Assembly: GCA_951406725.2 (NCBI GenBank) | Contig: OX597814.1 | Coordinates: 203,918,001-203,982,000 of the forward strand | Reading direction: 5' to 3' | DNA: 64,000 bases | Source: Octopus vulgaris | Taxonomy: Eukaryota | Part shown: one piece after another, positions 26,800-39,939 of the stretch | Position numbering within the stretch: position 1 is the first letter of the stretch | Layout of the letters: every line of letters begins with the position of its first letter | Program-made: the position numbers and the translations under genes | Notes under the pieces: model-generated | Told to the model about the DNA's origin: nothing | What the model saw: the letters and a program-made list of their open reading frames with translations, nothing else | The model's database searches: none

Positions 26800-28241
26800 T
26801 ATATGAAGCTTTCATTCTGATGGTTTAATCAAAATAAATACCATCAATATTCTCTATGCGATGAAAAACAAACTTGCACAAATCTTATAAATATATGTAG
26901 TTGTTCTTACATCCCTTTTTTCATGCTGGCATGGGTTAGGTAAAATTTGTTGAGAGATTTTGTGACTGAATGTCCTCATCAATCTTTTATTGATTTTCAG
27001 AGTAAAGTATTTTCATTTCCAACATGGTCTCACCATTCTGAAAATGATGAAGCTGTTGAAATTGAGGGATATTTAGCTAACCAGAGAATGTAAACAATGA
27101 CACTAAATTTGATGAAGCAGTGTTAATTAGAAGGTACACCCCCCCTACACACACACCAGGCTCCCAGTTCCCCTCACAAGGCACTAGTTAGACCAAGGCT
27201 ATAAGTGCCACACAGTTGGACAGAAACCAAAATTACATAGTTGCAAAGCAAACTTCATAACACAATTGTGTGTGTTCATGTGTGTGGGTGGGTTTGTGTA
27301 TGTGTGCATATTCATGTGTGCATATGCATGTGGGCATAAAATAAAAGATGACCTGATTATGGTATAAAATGTTTTCTTTGACTGTATTTCATACAGAATT
27401 CTACATCAGATAATGTTTTAATGACTCCTAGCAAACTTCCATGTATGTTAAGCACCTACACATTATGGTGTGTTTGTGCTTTGTCAGAGCATATTCATAA
27501 ATGTCTCAAATGTTAACTTTAAAAAAATATACAAATAAAAATGTTGCTAAAGTAAAAAAATTTAAGGAAGAGAAAAGAGTAAAATAAATTCATAGAAAAT
27601 TTATCTCTTTTTTATTGTTATTTAATCAATATTTTTACATTTTAATGGCTGTTTTTTTAAAGTTTGCCTTTTTAGGACAGTATTTAGGTTATATGGCTAA
27701 CAATGGTATGTGCTCATAAGCTATTTCCTGCATCTTTTCTACATCACTTATGTATGATTGTGTAGCATGATTTGATAAACCTTCTCTAAAGGACACATAT
27801 ATTGATATAGCAAAAAGAGGCCCATATTTTAACATATCTATTCATTCTTAATTCATTCTGGCAAATTCAAATGTGAATATCTGATCGCTGTTGTCTATTA
27901 TCAATGGAGAACACCTCCTCCCTTGAGATACTGTGTATTCATATCATGTGATTTGCTAGTGTAAATGAACTTTAAGACACTGTAGTGTTTTGACCTTATT
28001 GAATGCCTGCTCAGTCAAAACTACTCTGCCAGGCCACTGAATCTGACAAGAGCATAAGCTTTTGTTTACAGAAATTAGCAAACATGTTGTTGTGTGCTGA
28101 TCTCAGCCAAACAGATAAATTTATGGGGATGCATGAAGATTCTCACTGTTCTGCATGCACCCCATAAATTATAGTCCTATATTTTCATTTCACTGAAATG
28201 GCTTAAATATGTAATGAAAGCCTCACAGATCATGAACTAAC

Positions 28242-28472
28242 TTAACCCTTTAGTCTTCACATTATTCTGCCAAAATGAATGCTTTTTTATCTACATTGTT
28301 TTGAACTAATCATGCATTATCTTGTAGCTATGAGATTTTGATGGAGGTAGCTGTTAATTTTTAAAACGATATTGTAGGGTTGGTGTGAGAGACCAGATCT
28401 GACCAGTTTGAACATAAAACAGGCAGAATACTTTTGGCCGGATATGGCCGGTTTAAATGCTAAAGAGTTAAA
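28242..28472. mobile_element. piggyBac-like MITE family 2 (~230 bp)
   Basis: TTAA|CCCTTTAG...CTAAAGAG|TTAA. Related copies at ~37851-38080 and, interrupted, 10732-11749. Confidence 0.75.
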
Positions 28473-29547
28473 GTTAAGTTTTAGTAGAATCATGAGTAAG
28501 AATACAAATAAAACACTGGGTATAATATCCCTCATAAATAGTAGGTTTTGTAACAGAAGATTAATTAGTGGTGCATTAAGAATAGGAAACTATCAAGAGG
28601 ATAATTTTGAAATCAAATCTATTTCCAATCACAAAGAGAAAAAAAAATACCATGCATTAATGTAGTATTTGAAACCATATCCAATGATATAAATCTCAGA
28701 ACATCTTGGCTATTAAAGATAGTGTCTAATGTTTACATGAAAACAAGTCTAAATTTGAAGTAAACTCTACTCAAAAACTGGTGCTTAAAACAAGCAAAGG
28801 CAAAAAAAGAAGAACAACAAAAATGCCACTCGAACAAAGAAAAAAAAGCCCCTAAAAAGAAAGACAATGAGTGAAGGTAATGTTAATGGTGTTAGTAGAA
28901 GTAGTGTAATTGATTTTCTTCTAATGTTTCATGACACATTCCAATGGTGTACCCATGACGAAATAAATATTCTAATTTCCAGAACAGAAATTTCATTTCC
29001 AATCAATAAAGTAATCAAACCATAGTTCACTGTCAATGTTTCAATCTGATCTTTTTTTTTTTTTTTTTTTCATTTACTTTTCTATTTTCTTACTGACATG
29101 GATAGAATAGAAATTTTGCTTAGCAGATTTATTTTTGTATGGTTATAATACAACACTAGTACTAAAAAGATTATCTGCCCAGACTTAAAGCCAACTTATA
29201 AAAGGTATCAGAGAAAAGCAAATACAGTGTCAATCGAATTAGTTTCTTTTACTCCATTCTACATATAGTAAAGAAACCCATGAAGAGAAAATATAATTCA
29301 GCGATTCAGCCATAGACTGAACATTTTAGTGTAAATAATTATTCAAAAGGAAAACATCTAAAAATGTCACCTATTTACAATAACCTTAAAAATAGGCTCA
29401 GGCAAGGCTGTGTGTGTGTGTGTGTACGTGTTTAAGAAGACAGTTTCCCAACCACATGGTTCCAAGTTCAGTCGCATTGTACAGTGCCAAGTGTAGGGTC
29501 TTGCAAGTGAATTTAGGAGATTGAAATGGAGAGAAGTCTTGCGCATG

Positions 29548-29582
<35 letters not shown>

Positions 29583-29901
29583 ATTTTTGCATTTGTTGCA
29601 CTATAAAAGTTGAATGTTTTGTTGTTGCTTCTTTTTATCTCTACAAGAACTTGCAAATGTTGCATGTAAAAGGACATAGCTGTGGTCAAGAAGTTTACTT
29701 CCAACCACATGGTTTTGTGTCCAGTCTCACTGTGTGACACCTTAGGCAAGTGTCTTCAACTATAACCCCAGGCAGACCAAAGCTTTCTGGGTAGATATAG
29801 ATTTCCTAGGCAAAAATTGAAAAAGCCTATTGTGTGCGAGAGAGAGAGAGAGAGAGAGTGTGTGAGAGAGAGTGAGAGAGAGAGAAAGAGAGAGAGAGAA
29901 T

Positions 29902-29935
<34 letters not shown>

Positions 29936-31174
29936 GAGTCCTCATCACATGATGGTTATAAATAAGCATCACCATCATACCAGTGATGTTTATTTCCAAT
30001 CTTCCATGGAAACATGTCTCACCATGAAGAGATATTACTACATTTGGAAGCAAGTGAGGGTTAGCAACAGGAAGAGCATCCAGCCACAGAAAAATCTGCC
30101 TCAACAAACTTCATGCAACCCACACAAGCATGGAAAAGTGGATGTTTAACACAATGATGCAGATATCTTTCAATTAAGGTTTAATGCAAGATTTAATTAA
30201 CCAATTATGATCATCTTGAAATAACTAGCACAATGACCTACTTCAGAAAACATTGAAGATCAACTAAAAACTATTGAAATCTTTTCTATAGATGAGCTTA
30301 TAACCATTCTGGTCTACAGTAAGAAAGAAAATATCAGCAAGTATTACAATACATTCTCCCAAAATTATTACAAATTAAAATTACTTGCAATATTTACACA
30401 CACATACACACACACACACACAAAGCATCAGGTTAATATTGGAGTACTGTAATTCCTCACTGTATCTCAGTTCCCCTATCATGGTTTATTATTTAATTTT
30501 ACGCCAATCCCTCTGTGGTGTTGTTTTGTATTTATAATAAAATATATACAAATTATAAAAATAATTATAAAAAATATACAGTACTGTTTCTACTTCATGG
30601 ATTTTCACCTATCATGAAGTGGGGGTTGGAACATAACACCCGCAATAGTCAAGGGGTTTTTGATTTTAATTATTTTGTATTCCAAATACATTTTTCAAGT
30701 TTAACCATTTTCCCACTAAAATACACAAAACAAAAAGCATTATGTATTTCATAAAACCTTAAGGGTACATTAAAAGGAAAACTTTAAGACCCCACCCACA
30801 CACACTCAAAAAACAATGAAACATTTTGAAGATTATAGGAAAATTTAGACAAAAATTTCTCCAACCAATTTTTCATATTTTATATGAAAAATCAGAGAAT
30901 TTGATAACCATAGGCAATTTAGATTCTTTGAAGTTTCATTGAGATAAAAGAAAGAATTAATAATTCTATATTTTGTTCAGTTAGAATAAGTTAATGCAAA
31001 GAAAATATATTTTTGTTTTGTGAATAGTGAAATTACAGTTAGTTTATACTTTGCAGACTAGAAAAATGCACAAAGAATTTATTGTATACAGTACTCAGGT
31101 GCACCATATCTCTTCAAAATCATATTTCATCTTTCAACTGATAAAATGCCATTATTAACAAACATAACAAGCCA

Positions 31175-31535
31175 AGGCACAGGTATGGCTGTGTGGTTAA
31201 GAAGCCCATTTTGCAACTAAACACATGTCAGGTAAAAGTTTTCTGAAAGAGCACCAGGCTGACCAATGCATTGTCAGTGAATTTGGTAGACAGAAACTGT
31301 GAGGAAACCTGTCATGTATGTATGTGTGTGCTTGTGTACATTTGTGTGTCTTTGTCCCCATCACCATCACCCACTGCTTGACAACTGGTGTCGGTTTATT
31401 TACATCCCCCATAACTTAGCAATATGGCAAAAGAGACCGAAAGAACGAGGTACTGAAGTTGGTTTCTTCGACTAAACCCTTTAAGGTAGCACCCCAGCAG
31501 TGCTGCAGTCCAATGACTGAAACAAGTAAAAGATA
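31175..31535 (+). mobile_element. SINE family A (partly deleted head)
   Basis: ggctgtgtggttaagaag head, atttggtagacagaaactg body, gcagtccaatgactgaaacaagtaaaaga tail. Confidence 0.7.
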
Positions 31536-31966
31536 GATTTCTAATGGAAATAAACTCTCAAAGAAGATGGTGTTTATCACAGATCCCTTATATTTACTCA
31601 CTTTGGTAGCACCGATAAGAAAATGTGATCCAATAGATGAAAACAGAGGTGTACAAAGATATCTCAAATCAAATAACATTTTGCTGATAGGATGAATAAG
31701 AAAACAAGTATAAGGAAACTATTCTATAAGCATTAAGCATATAAAGAGACTCTAAATAGCTGAATTGTAAATGCTTGCATCAGTAAGTTGTTGATTGTGA
31801 ATTCAAAAGAAGCAATCACAGTTCTAAAACTTATAGTTCAATAATCATATGATCGCTCAAAAGTCTGTCTTTCTAAAATTATTTTTTTAAAAATCCTATT
31901 AAAATTTACAAAAGACTTGTTCTACTAGAAAATAAACAATACTAAATACTGTGTGTGTGTATGTAT

Positions 31967-32198
31967 AGGCGGAGAGCTGGCAGAAACGTTAGCACGCCGG
32001 GCGAAATGCTTAACGGTATTTCGCTTGTCATTACGTTGTGAGTTCAAATTCTGCCGAGGTTGACTTTGCCTTTCATCCTTTCGGGGTCGATAAATTAAGT
32101 ACCAGTTACACAATGGGGTCGATGTAATCGACTTAATACCTATGTCTATCCTTGTTTGTCCCCTCTATGTTTAGCCCCTTGTGGGTAATAAAGAAATA
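31967..32198 (+). mobile_element. SINE family C (tRNA head plus a central domain resembling the Meta domain)
   Basis: ggcggagagctggcagaaacgttagc...gagttcaaattc...gcctttcatcctttcggggtcgataaattaagtaccag. A closely similar copy lies at 36469-36700. Confidence 0.8.
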
Positions 32199-33847
32199 TG
32201 TATAGAGTGGACATAGAGGTAGGTATGTGTGTGTGTGTGTACATGCATGCGTGTACGCACACACACACACACACCACACAGACATACACATAATACAAAG
32301 CTACAAATGAGCAGAAAGAACACTGCAGACACAAAACATCCAAATAGACAAACTTCAGCTGCTTTCTATTTATTTCTAAAATAATTAGAAATAAATACTT
32401 ATTTCCCTTCCAGAAAGATTAAAGCTATCCGTTGTCTTCTCAAATTACTGGATGTAGACAACTTACAAATTAAAGTAACAGAAGCTCCAACAGACATAAA
32501 ACACAGTCGAGAGTAAGTCTTGCCAAATAAATTGTATTAATTACAAGAAATATGTTTATGCCAAAGAAAATTGAATCAGATGAAGAGCATTAAAAAAAAA
32601 GTACTTAAGAAATGCAAACTATAATGCTGGCAAATATATCTTGAGGTTTTGCATTTAAATTATAATTGCACACCATGATTTTAATGATCTTATTTGCATT
32701 CAAACAAAGATTACTCTTACTTAATACATATGAACCTAATACAATTGAATGTGATTGTGTGTGTGTGTGTGTGTGTGTGCATGAGCACGTGCATGTCATC
32801 ATTTAGTATCTTATCTTCCATGCAGGTTAGAGGACTGCATCTTGCTCTATTGTCTGCTTTGGCATGCTTTCTATGGTTGGGTGCCCTTCCTAATACTAAC
32901 TACTTTACTAAGTGTACTCTGGTACCTTTTTTTTATGTGACATCAGCACTCATAGAGAGAAACTGAGAGATGCGTGGGAGGGCCCATCACTGTTCCTCTG
33001 GACATTCCTCATTCAAAATCCTGAGATCAGCTTTCACTACTTTGTCTCGTATCTCCCACTTCTACAACTTCCATCTATATTAAGCAATCCACACTCCTTT
33101 ATACAGCTGTCTTCATCCATCAGCAAAATATATTCTATACCAGCACAGTCCTCTCTCTTGCACACTACATCTAACTACTCTTATGCTTAATTTTTCTCTC
33201 AGCACTCTCATGCACACTGATGGACATCCAAAAGAGCAGGCTCACTTCATTTCTGTCTCGTCCAGGTGTCCTCAACATTCAAGGTTCACACCTCACTAGC
33301 ATGTAGTTTTACAGTTCACATAAGCATCATACAATCTGCTTTCTACTCAAAGGAAAACCTTTTGTTACCCTTAGAGGCAATAGCCCTCTCTTGTTTATTC
33401 TTTTTCAGAACATCTTCCTCCACTGCTAATCTGGCCACCTAGGTAACAGAAATTATCCACTGCTTCAGGAAATCTACTTTCTTTACACTCTCAGCGTTTA
33501 TAGCTCCTGCATATCTGCCATGTACAAAGTCTATAAACCTGTCTGTGACACTACTGCACCTCTTGTGTATCTACAGTTTGGGTACACCATAAGGAATTTC
33601 TACCAACTACATTTCTGGATCTCGAGCAAGGCCATTTCCCTGATGGTAGCAGAGTCTTGTTTTCCTATTTACTAAACTTTCAGTCTTTGCTAAGTTCATG
33701 TTAAGGCCTTTTGGTTCAAGGTTTTGCTCTCCCATACTCTCTTTACTCTTTTACTTGTTTCAGTCATTTGACTGCGGCCATGCTGGAGCACTGCCTTTAG
33801 TCGAGCAAATCGACCCCGGGACTTATTCTTTGTAAGCCCAGTACTTA

Positions 33848-35273
33848 GTTAGTTAGTTAGTTAGTTAGTTAATTTGGCTCAAAAGCAAATAGCAAGGCCA
33901 TGTAGGGGGACATGGAGTTAAGTACAGGGTGGTGTTCATGTAAAGAGTTCAGGCCACTTGAGGTCCAGGGAGGTCAGCTTGTTCCACGTCTGGCAGCTTG
34001 TTCCACGGATCCGCAACCCGGACGGAGAAAGCTCCTCTCCTTCGATTGAGATGAAATCGTCGCAGGTAGAGCTTTTCGGAATGACCCCGCAGCCGATGCT
34101 CCGGAGCAGGAGTGAAGAACAGCTCTTTCGAGAGGTGACACTTCCCGCTTATGATGTTGTGGGCGAGAATGAGATCACCACGGCGGCGGCGTTTATCAAG
34201 AGAATAAAGGTCGAGCGTCCTCAGCCTTTCTTCGTAGGACAAATTTTTGAGACCAAGAACCATGCGGGTAACCAGCCTCTGGACTCTTTCGAGATGCTGT
34301 ATGTCTTTGAGGAGATAAGGAGAAGAGGCTTGAATCCCATACTCCAATATGGGTCTCACCAGCGTGACATAGAGTGGTAGGAATATGGCTGCTGTGAGCA
34401 TTCCGAATGACTGTCGAATCAAAAACAGAATTCCGCGCGCTTTGTTGGCAGCATGGACGCACTGGGCCGAAGGCGAAAAGGAGGAATCCACCAAGATACC
34501 CAGGTCCTTCACCTGATCGGTCCTCTCCAGCAGCAGACGACCCGGCTCGAAATCAAGTTGAGTTGCAGGAGTAGAGCCGACAGGCAGATGACAGCACTTT
34601 GACACGTTCAGACACAGGTCCCAATCGTTAGACCACTTCCAAATTTGGTGGAGGCATCGATGAAGATCCTCTATACTACCGCGAGGAGCAACCAGTTTGA
34701 TATCGTCGGCAAATAGAAGGGTGTGTTGCGTGAGGTCGTCGGGCAAGTCATTTATGAAGACTAAGAACAACAAGGGCCCAAGCACTGAACCTTGAGGCAC
34801 GCCACTGCTCGCACTGGAGACGTCGGACCGCGAACCATTAACTTGAACTTGGAAGGAGCGATCTGAGAGGAAGGCACCAACCCATCGTACAACATCCGGA
34901 TGGAAACTATATGCTTGAAGCTTGACAAGTAGTAGAAGGTGGTTTACCGAGTCAAAAGCTTTGGCAAAGTCCAATAAAGCGATGTCAACAGCATCACTAT
35001 CATCAAGGATGCGCGTCACCAATTCTTCCATTACTAGTAAGTTGGTCAAGCATGATCTCTTCGGCACGAAGCCGTGTTGGGAATCAGTGATCGAGGCTGT
35101 GTTTAGGAGGTGGAGCATCATACTTTTCTTAAGGATGGTTTCGAACATCTTGCTGATTATTGATGTAAGGGAAACCGGTCGGTAGTTAAGCAGGTCTTCG
35201 CGGCTCCCTTTCTTGAAAATTGGGCAGATTATCGCTGTTCTCCAGTCTGCAGGTATAACACCCGTCGCCAATG
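33848..35273 (-). mobile_element. Young 5'-truncated CR1-type LINE
   Basis: (TAAC)n 3' tail at 33845-33871, short 3' UTR with hairpin ccatgt-N6-acatgg (33898-33915), TSD ACTTA (33843-33847 and 35274-35278). Visibly GC- and CpG-rich compared with its flanks. Confidence 0.9.
33949..35271 (-). CDS. Reverse transcriptase (partial ORF2) of the CR1-type LINE; no native start
   Basis: Uninterrupted 440 aa with YRPVSLTS, QHGF..RSCLTNL, DFAKAFDSV, GVPQGSVLGPLLF, LFADDIKL, VKDLGI, LVRPILEY, SYEERL, RRRRGDLI, LRGHS.KL, FSVRV...WNKLP. Confidence 0.85.
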   Translation of the reverse strand: MATGVIPADWRTAIICPIFKKGSREDLLNYRPVSLTSIISKMFETILKKSMMLHLLNTASITDSQHGFVPKRSCLTNLLVMEELVTRILDDSDAVDIALLDFAKAFDSVNHLLLLVKLQAYSFHPDVVRWVGAFLSDRSFQVQVNGSRSDVSSASSGVPQGSVLGPLLFLVFINDLPDDLTQHTLLFADDIKLVAPRGSIEDLHRCLHQIWKWSNDWDLCLNVSKCCHLPVGSTPATQLDFEPGRLLLERTDQVKDLGILVDSSFSPSAQCVHAANKARGILFLIRQSFGMLTAAIFLPLYVTLVRPILEYGIQASSPYLLKDIQHLERVQRLVTRMVLGLKNLSYEERLRTLDLYSLDKRRRRGDLILAHNIISGKCHLSKELFFTPAPEHRLRGHSEKLYLRRFHLNRRRGAFSVRVADPWNKLPDVEQADLPGPQVA

Positions 35274-36468
35274 ACTTATTCTATCGGTCTCTTTTGCCGA
35301 ACCGCTAAGTGACGGGGATGTAAACACACCAGCATCGGTTGTCAAGCAATGCTAGGGGGACAAACACAGACACACACATACATACATATACACATATACG
35401 ACAGGCTTCTTTCAGTTTCCGTCTACCAAATCCACTCACAAGGCATTGGTCGGCCCGGGGCTATAGCAGAAGACACTTGCCCAAGATGCCACACAGTGGG
35501 ACTGAACCCGGAACCATGTGGTTGGTTAGCAAGCTACTTACCACACAGCCACTCCTGCGCCATGTGGAATTTCTTTTCTACTGCAACTACAGATTCCACC
35601 ATGAGAATGAGATCATCAGCATAGAGTTTCCGGGGTAACCAGTCTTAAATTTCTGCTGTGGTATGGAAGATTACAATGAATAGTAGGGGACTGAGAACTG
35701 ACTCCTGGTGAATTCCTCACAGTACCCATTGCTAACTCTCACCTTAGTAACAGCATCTTTGTGCATGGTTTGTATGGTTCATGCAAACCATTTGTCTATT
35801 CATAGCTCTCTAAACAGCAACCAGATCACAGAGCAAGGGACCTTGTTGAAGGCTTTCTTCAGGTCAACAAGTACAGTGGCCTACCTTCAGCAATTGCTGT
35901 CTCATGTGGAAGAGAGCATCTAGTACTTCTTCCTGGTACAAAAATAAACCACATCCCATCTAGTCTTTCTCTCTCTAATAAATTGAGCTATAACTCCTCC
36001 TGTAACTTTCATGACCTGGTCTAGCAATTTGATTCTCCTCTAATTACCTCCCTTTAAGACACCTCCTTTGCCCTCCACTAGTTGATGGGTATGACACCTT
36101 GCACAACCTGATTGGTTATATAGGTGACTAGGCTGAGTCCAACACCACCTGATGTTTTAAGCATCTCAACATACATACATATCATTTAATGACCACTTTC
36201 TATGCTGGTATGGGTAGGACAGTTTGACAGGAAATGCCAAGTCAGAAGACTGCACAAAGCTCTACTATCTGTTTTGGCATGATTTCTACAGCAGGATGCC
36301 CTTCCCAACTATTTTACAGAATGTACCGGATGTTTTTTATAAAGCACCAGCAGCAGTGAAGTCACCAAGTAACTCCCCCACCTCAACTGGGAGGAGGAGT
36401 GTTGAGAGTCAGAAAAGCAGAAAAGACATACACACACAAACGTGTGTGTGCATGTATGTGATGGTATA

Positions 36469-36700
36469 AGGCGGCAAGCTGGCAGAAACATTAGCACGCC
36501 GGGCAAAATGCTTAGCGGTATTTTGTCTACCGCTACATTCTGAGTTCAAATTCTGCCAAGGTCGACTTTGCCTTTCATCCTTTAGGGGTCAATAAATAAA
36601 GTATCAGTTACGCACTGGGGTCGATGTAATCAACTTAATCTGTTTGTCTGTCCTTGTTTGTCCCCTCTGTGTTTAGCCCCTTGTGGGTAGTAAAGAAATA
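36469..36700 (+). mobile_element. SINE family C
   Basis: Colinear with 31967-32198 through the tail tttagccccttgtgggtaRtaaagaaata. Confidence 0.8.
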
Positions 36701-38329
36701 GGTATCAACCAGACTATTGAATTAGATCATTAGTCATAATACATTTCACGTTTTGGCTTTTGAATGATGCCACCCAGCTGGCCTGGTGGACAGGCCAACA
36801 TTCCCCCTGATCAGGAGGACTGTCCATAGCAGGGTTACTCATTTGCAGCTGAGTGAACTGGAACAGTAAGAGATAAAGTGTTTTACCCAAGAACACAATG
36901 CATGGTCTGGGAATCAAACTCTCTTTCTACCAATCATGCGTGCAACACCATAACCACTAGACCACACAACTCCCTCATGCACACACACACACACTTCTAA
37001 CTTTTGAACATCCACTCAAATGCTCTGAGTATACAATAAACATATATATGCACCCAGTACACTATGTAAAGTGGTTGGTGAAAGGAAAAGAATTCAGCCA
37101 CAGAAAACCATATTAGGGAACATACAGAAGATAGTCCTTTACTTGTCTAGGGAAGTAGAATATTCAAACGACATGAGTTGTGATGACCCCTCCAACTTAT
37201 GACAGCATGGAAAAGCAGATACATAAAAATTTTCATGATGATATATGTGTGTATGCTTCATTGGTGTATATCACTGAAAGATATAAACATCTGCAAAAAA
37301 AAACTAACAAATCAGTGATTTCAAACAAAATTCCTCATATTTGTTCTGCTTGAGCCACACAGACACTTCACAGTCACACTCAGCATTATAAAGGCAGTGA
37401 ACCAGTGACTTGGTTGTTGCAAAACTTCAGCTAATGCTATAAAATTTTTAAAAAATACTAATGAATGTCATTTTAATCTTCAAATTTTTCATTTTATTTC
37501 CTCTTTCTTTTTTTCAGTAGGGGAGGGGAACTATGAAATCACATTACACCTCACCTCAGCTATTTTATTATTGAGTAATAAAAAAGAAATATGCAGCATC
37601 TTGCTAAGATATTAATCTATATAACACACTCTTAGCTGAGAATAAAATATTTGAATGAAGAGAATCAAGTATTTTTAGAATTAAACAATGAAGAATAGTC
37701 AGGAATTTAATCAAAATAATCAACATAGAAGTAGCAGCAGCATCTTTAAAGAGTAACAGGATCAAATTTGTAATTTAGACATTTTATACAACGATGGCAT
37801 TCAGTAAACACCCACACCCACACACAAGCAAATATAATTCCAAGATGACTTAGCCCTTCAGCATTCACATTATTTTGTCAAATTGTAATGCTTAATTATT
37901 CACATAATTAATTCTGAATTAATCATGCATTATTTTGTAACTCTGAGAGTTTGAATGAAGTAACTTAATTTTTAGAATGATAACATAGGGTTGGTGTGAG
38001 AAGCCAGATCTGACCGGTTTGAACATAAAACAGGTGCAATATTTTGGCTAGATATGGCCAGTTTGAATGCCAATGGTTAATTATGTTGTAATAAACAGGG
38101 TTTTAATTAAAAAAAAGATATTGGGAATAAACTAGTGAATAGTTCCTCCAAAGGATGAAGGATCTTGGAAAACGAAAACTAGACACTGAATTACTTGAGA
38201 CCATCATTTAACATCCTCCTTACCATGCCTGCAGCAGTTAGACAGAATCAGTTGAGGATAGTTTTCTATGGCTGAGTGCCCTTCCTGCTGCTTATTTCCT
38301 CCTGTCTCCAGGCAAGGTAATATTTCTCC

Positions 38330-38710
38330 AAGTGGCTGTGTAGTAAGTAGATTGCTTACCAAACACATGGTTCTGGGTTCAGTCCCACTGTGTGGCACCT
38401 TGGGCAAGTGTTTTCTGCTATAGCCTCGGGCTGACCAAAGCCTTGTGAATGGATTTGGAAGACGGAAACTGAAAGAAGCCTGTCATGTATATATGTATAT
38501 GTTTGTGTGTCTGTGTTTGTCCCCCCACCATCGCTTGACAACCGATGTTGGTGTGTCTACATCCCCATAACTTAGCAGTTTAGCAAAAGAGACCAATAGA
38601 ATAAGTACTAGGCTTACAAAGAATTAGTTCTGGGGTCGATTTGTTTGACTAAAGACAGTGCTCCAGCATGGCTGCAGTTAAATGACTGAAACAAAAAAAA
38701 GGGTAAAAGA
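38330..38710 (+). mobile_element. SINE family A, inserted into a minus-strand family B copy (38205-39010)
   Basis: Same head, body and tail as the 33.7-35.5-kb copy. The host element resumes at ~38711. Confidence 0.8.
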
Positions 38711-39855
38711 GGCTGACGTGTTTTTCACAGAAGACTGGGAACAAATATCATCATTTGTATGATGGTGATGTTTGTTTATAACCATCATGTGATGTCAAGA
38801 CAAAGCTACACACTAACACACATGAGCACACACATACAGACACACACACACAACGGGCTGCTTTCAGTTTTCCTCAACATAACCCACTCATAAGAGTTTG
38901 GCCAGCCAAGTGCTATAATATACAACACTTGCCCATGGTACCACATAGTGGGACTGAACCTAAACCTACATGGCTGGGAAGCAAGCTTCCTAACCAGTCA
39001 GTTACATTTGTGCCGCAATATTGTTAAAAAAGCATCCATCTGAGGCAGAAGAAGCTAGCAATTAAAGGATCTGGTTTTTGAAAAACATTAACAAACAATA
39101 AAAAAAGTGAACATCTGAAAAAAAAGAAGTAAAATTTGCAATTCTAAAGAAGTTAGAAAAGAAAGGGAAAATGACCTGCAGAAGTATCTAGCACCAAGTG
39201 AGATCAATTTTTGAACATAAACCCAGTAATAAAAATAAGAATAGGTCTAATAATTAACACCTATGTTGCTGCATCAATCAAAGACACAGCTGGAATCCTA
39301 TAATAGGATTAGAATCATGAAAAAAGACGCAGAAAAGATGAAGACACAGTGGAACTTGTAATGGTATTCAGAGACTTGCCTGTACAAACCAACATCAAGT
39401 ATTATAATTCAATATTATCAAGGCTAGAGGAGGTCATAACAATACAAAAGACAGCATTATCATTAAAGCTGTTACATTGAGGAATAAAAGGATGAATGAA
39501 TTTTAAGAGCAAGCTATAAAAAAAAAAAGAGGAACAAAAATCACAAAAAAGCTAATTTAAAATAATTTCCGTCTACAGCAGAAGTAGAGACTGGATGATG
39601 TAAATCTAACTCTCTTGTGTATGTGTGTGCGCAGATATGTGTGTGTGTGAGCAAATGTGCACATACTGTTTGTAGATACATACACACATATGCATATAGG
39701 TGTGAGTGTACACACATTGTGTGTATATACCCATACATGTATGTATTACACATGCATATATACACATTTGCATATGTACATGTGCATATGTAGACACACA
39801 TGTGCATACATATATATACACATGTGCATTTGTATACATGTATGAGTGTACACAT

Positions 39856-39905
<50 letters not shown>

Positions 39906-39939
39906 AGTGCGTGTGTGTATGTACATGTGTGTTGAAAGC

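Larger units (their letters stand above)
33740..35562 (-). mobile_element. tRNA-derived SINE (family A), low divergence, interrupted by the CR1
   Basis: Head ggcgcaggagtggctgtgtggtaag...gggttcagtccc (A/B-box-like), body gatttggtagacggaaactg, CA/TG tract, tail ccagcatggccgcagtcaaatgactgaaacaagtaaaagag. CpGs retained. Confidence 0.85.
33030..36170 (-). mobile_element. Old RTE LINE fragment split by the SINE+CR1 insertion (33030-33740 and 35560-36170)
   Basis: Minus strand LYADDLIL at ~35605-35627. Homology to the 14-kb RTE copy resumes on the other side of the SINE (aaaaggccttaacatgaac; ttctgttacctaggtggcc; tgtagtgtgcaagagaga). Confidence 0.7.

Noticed and set aside
33958-35185. Antisense and alternate-frame ORFs over the RT
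   Set aside because: Shadow frames of the GC-rich CR1 ORF2.
35480-35562. tRNA-like sequence with A/B boxes
   Set aside because: It is the SINE head, repeated many times, and I could not fold a complete cloverleaf. Not a tRNA gene.
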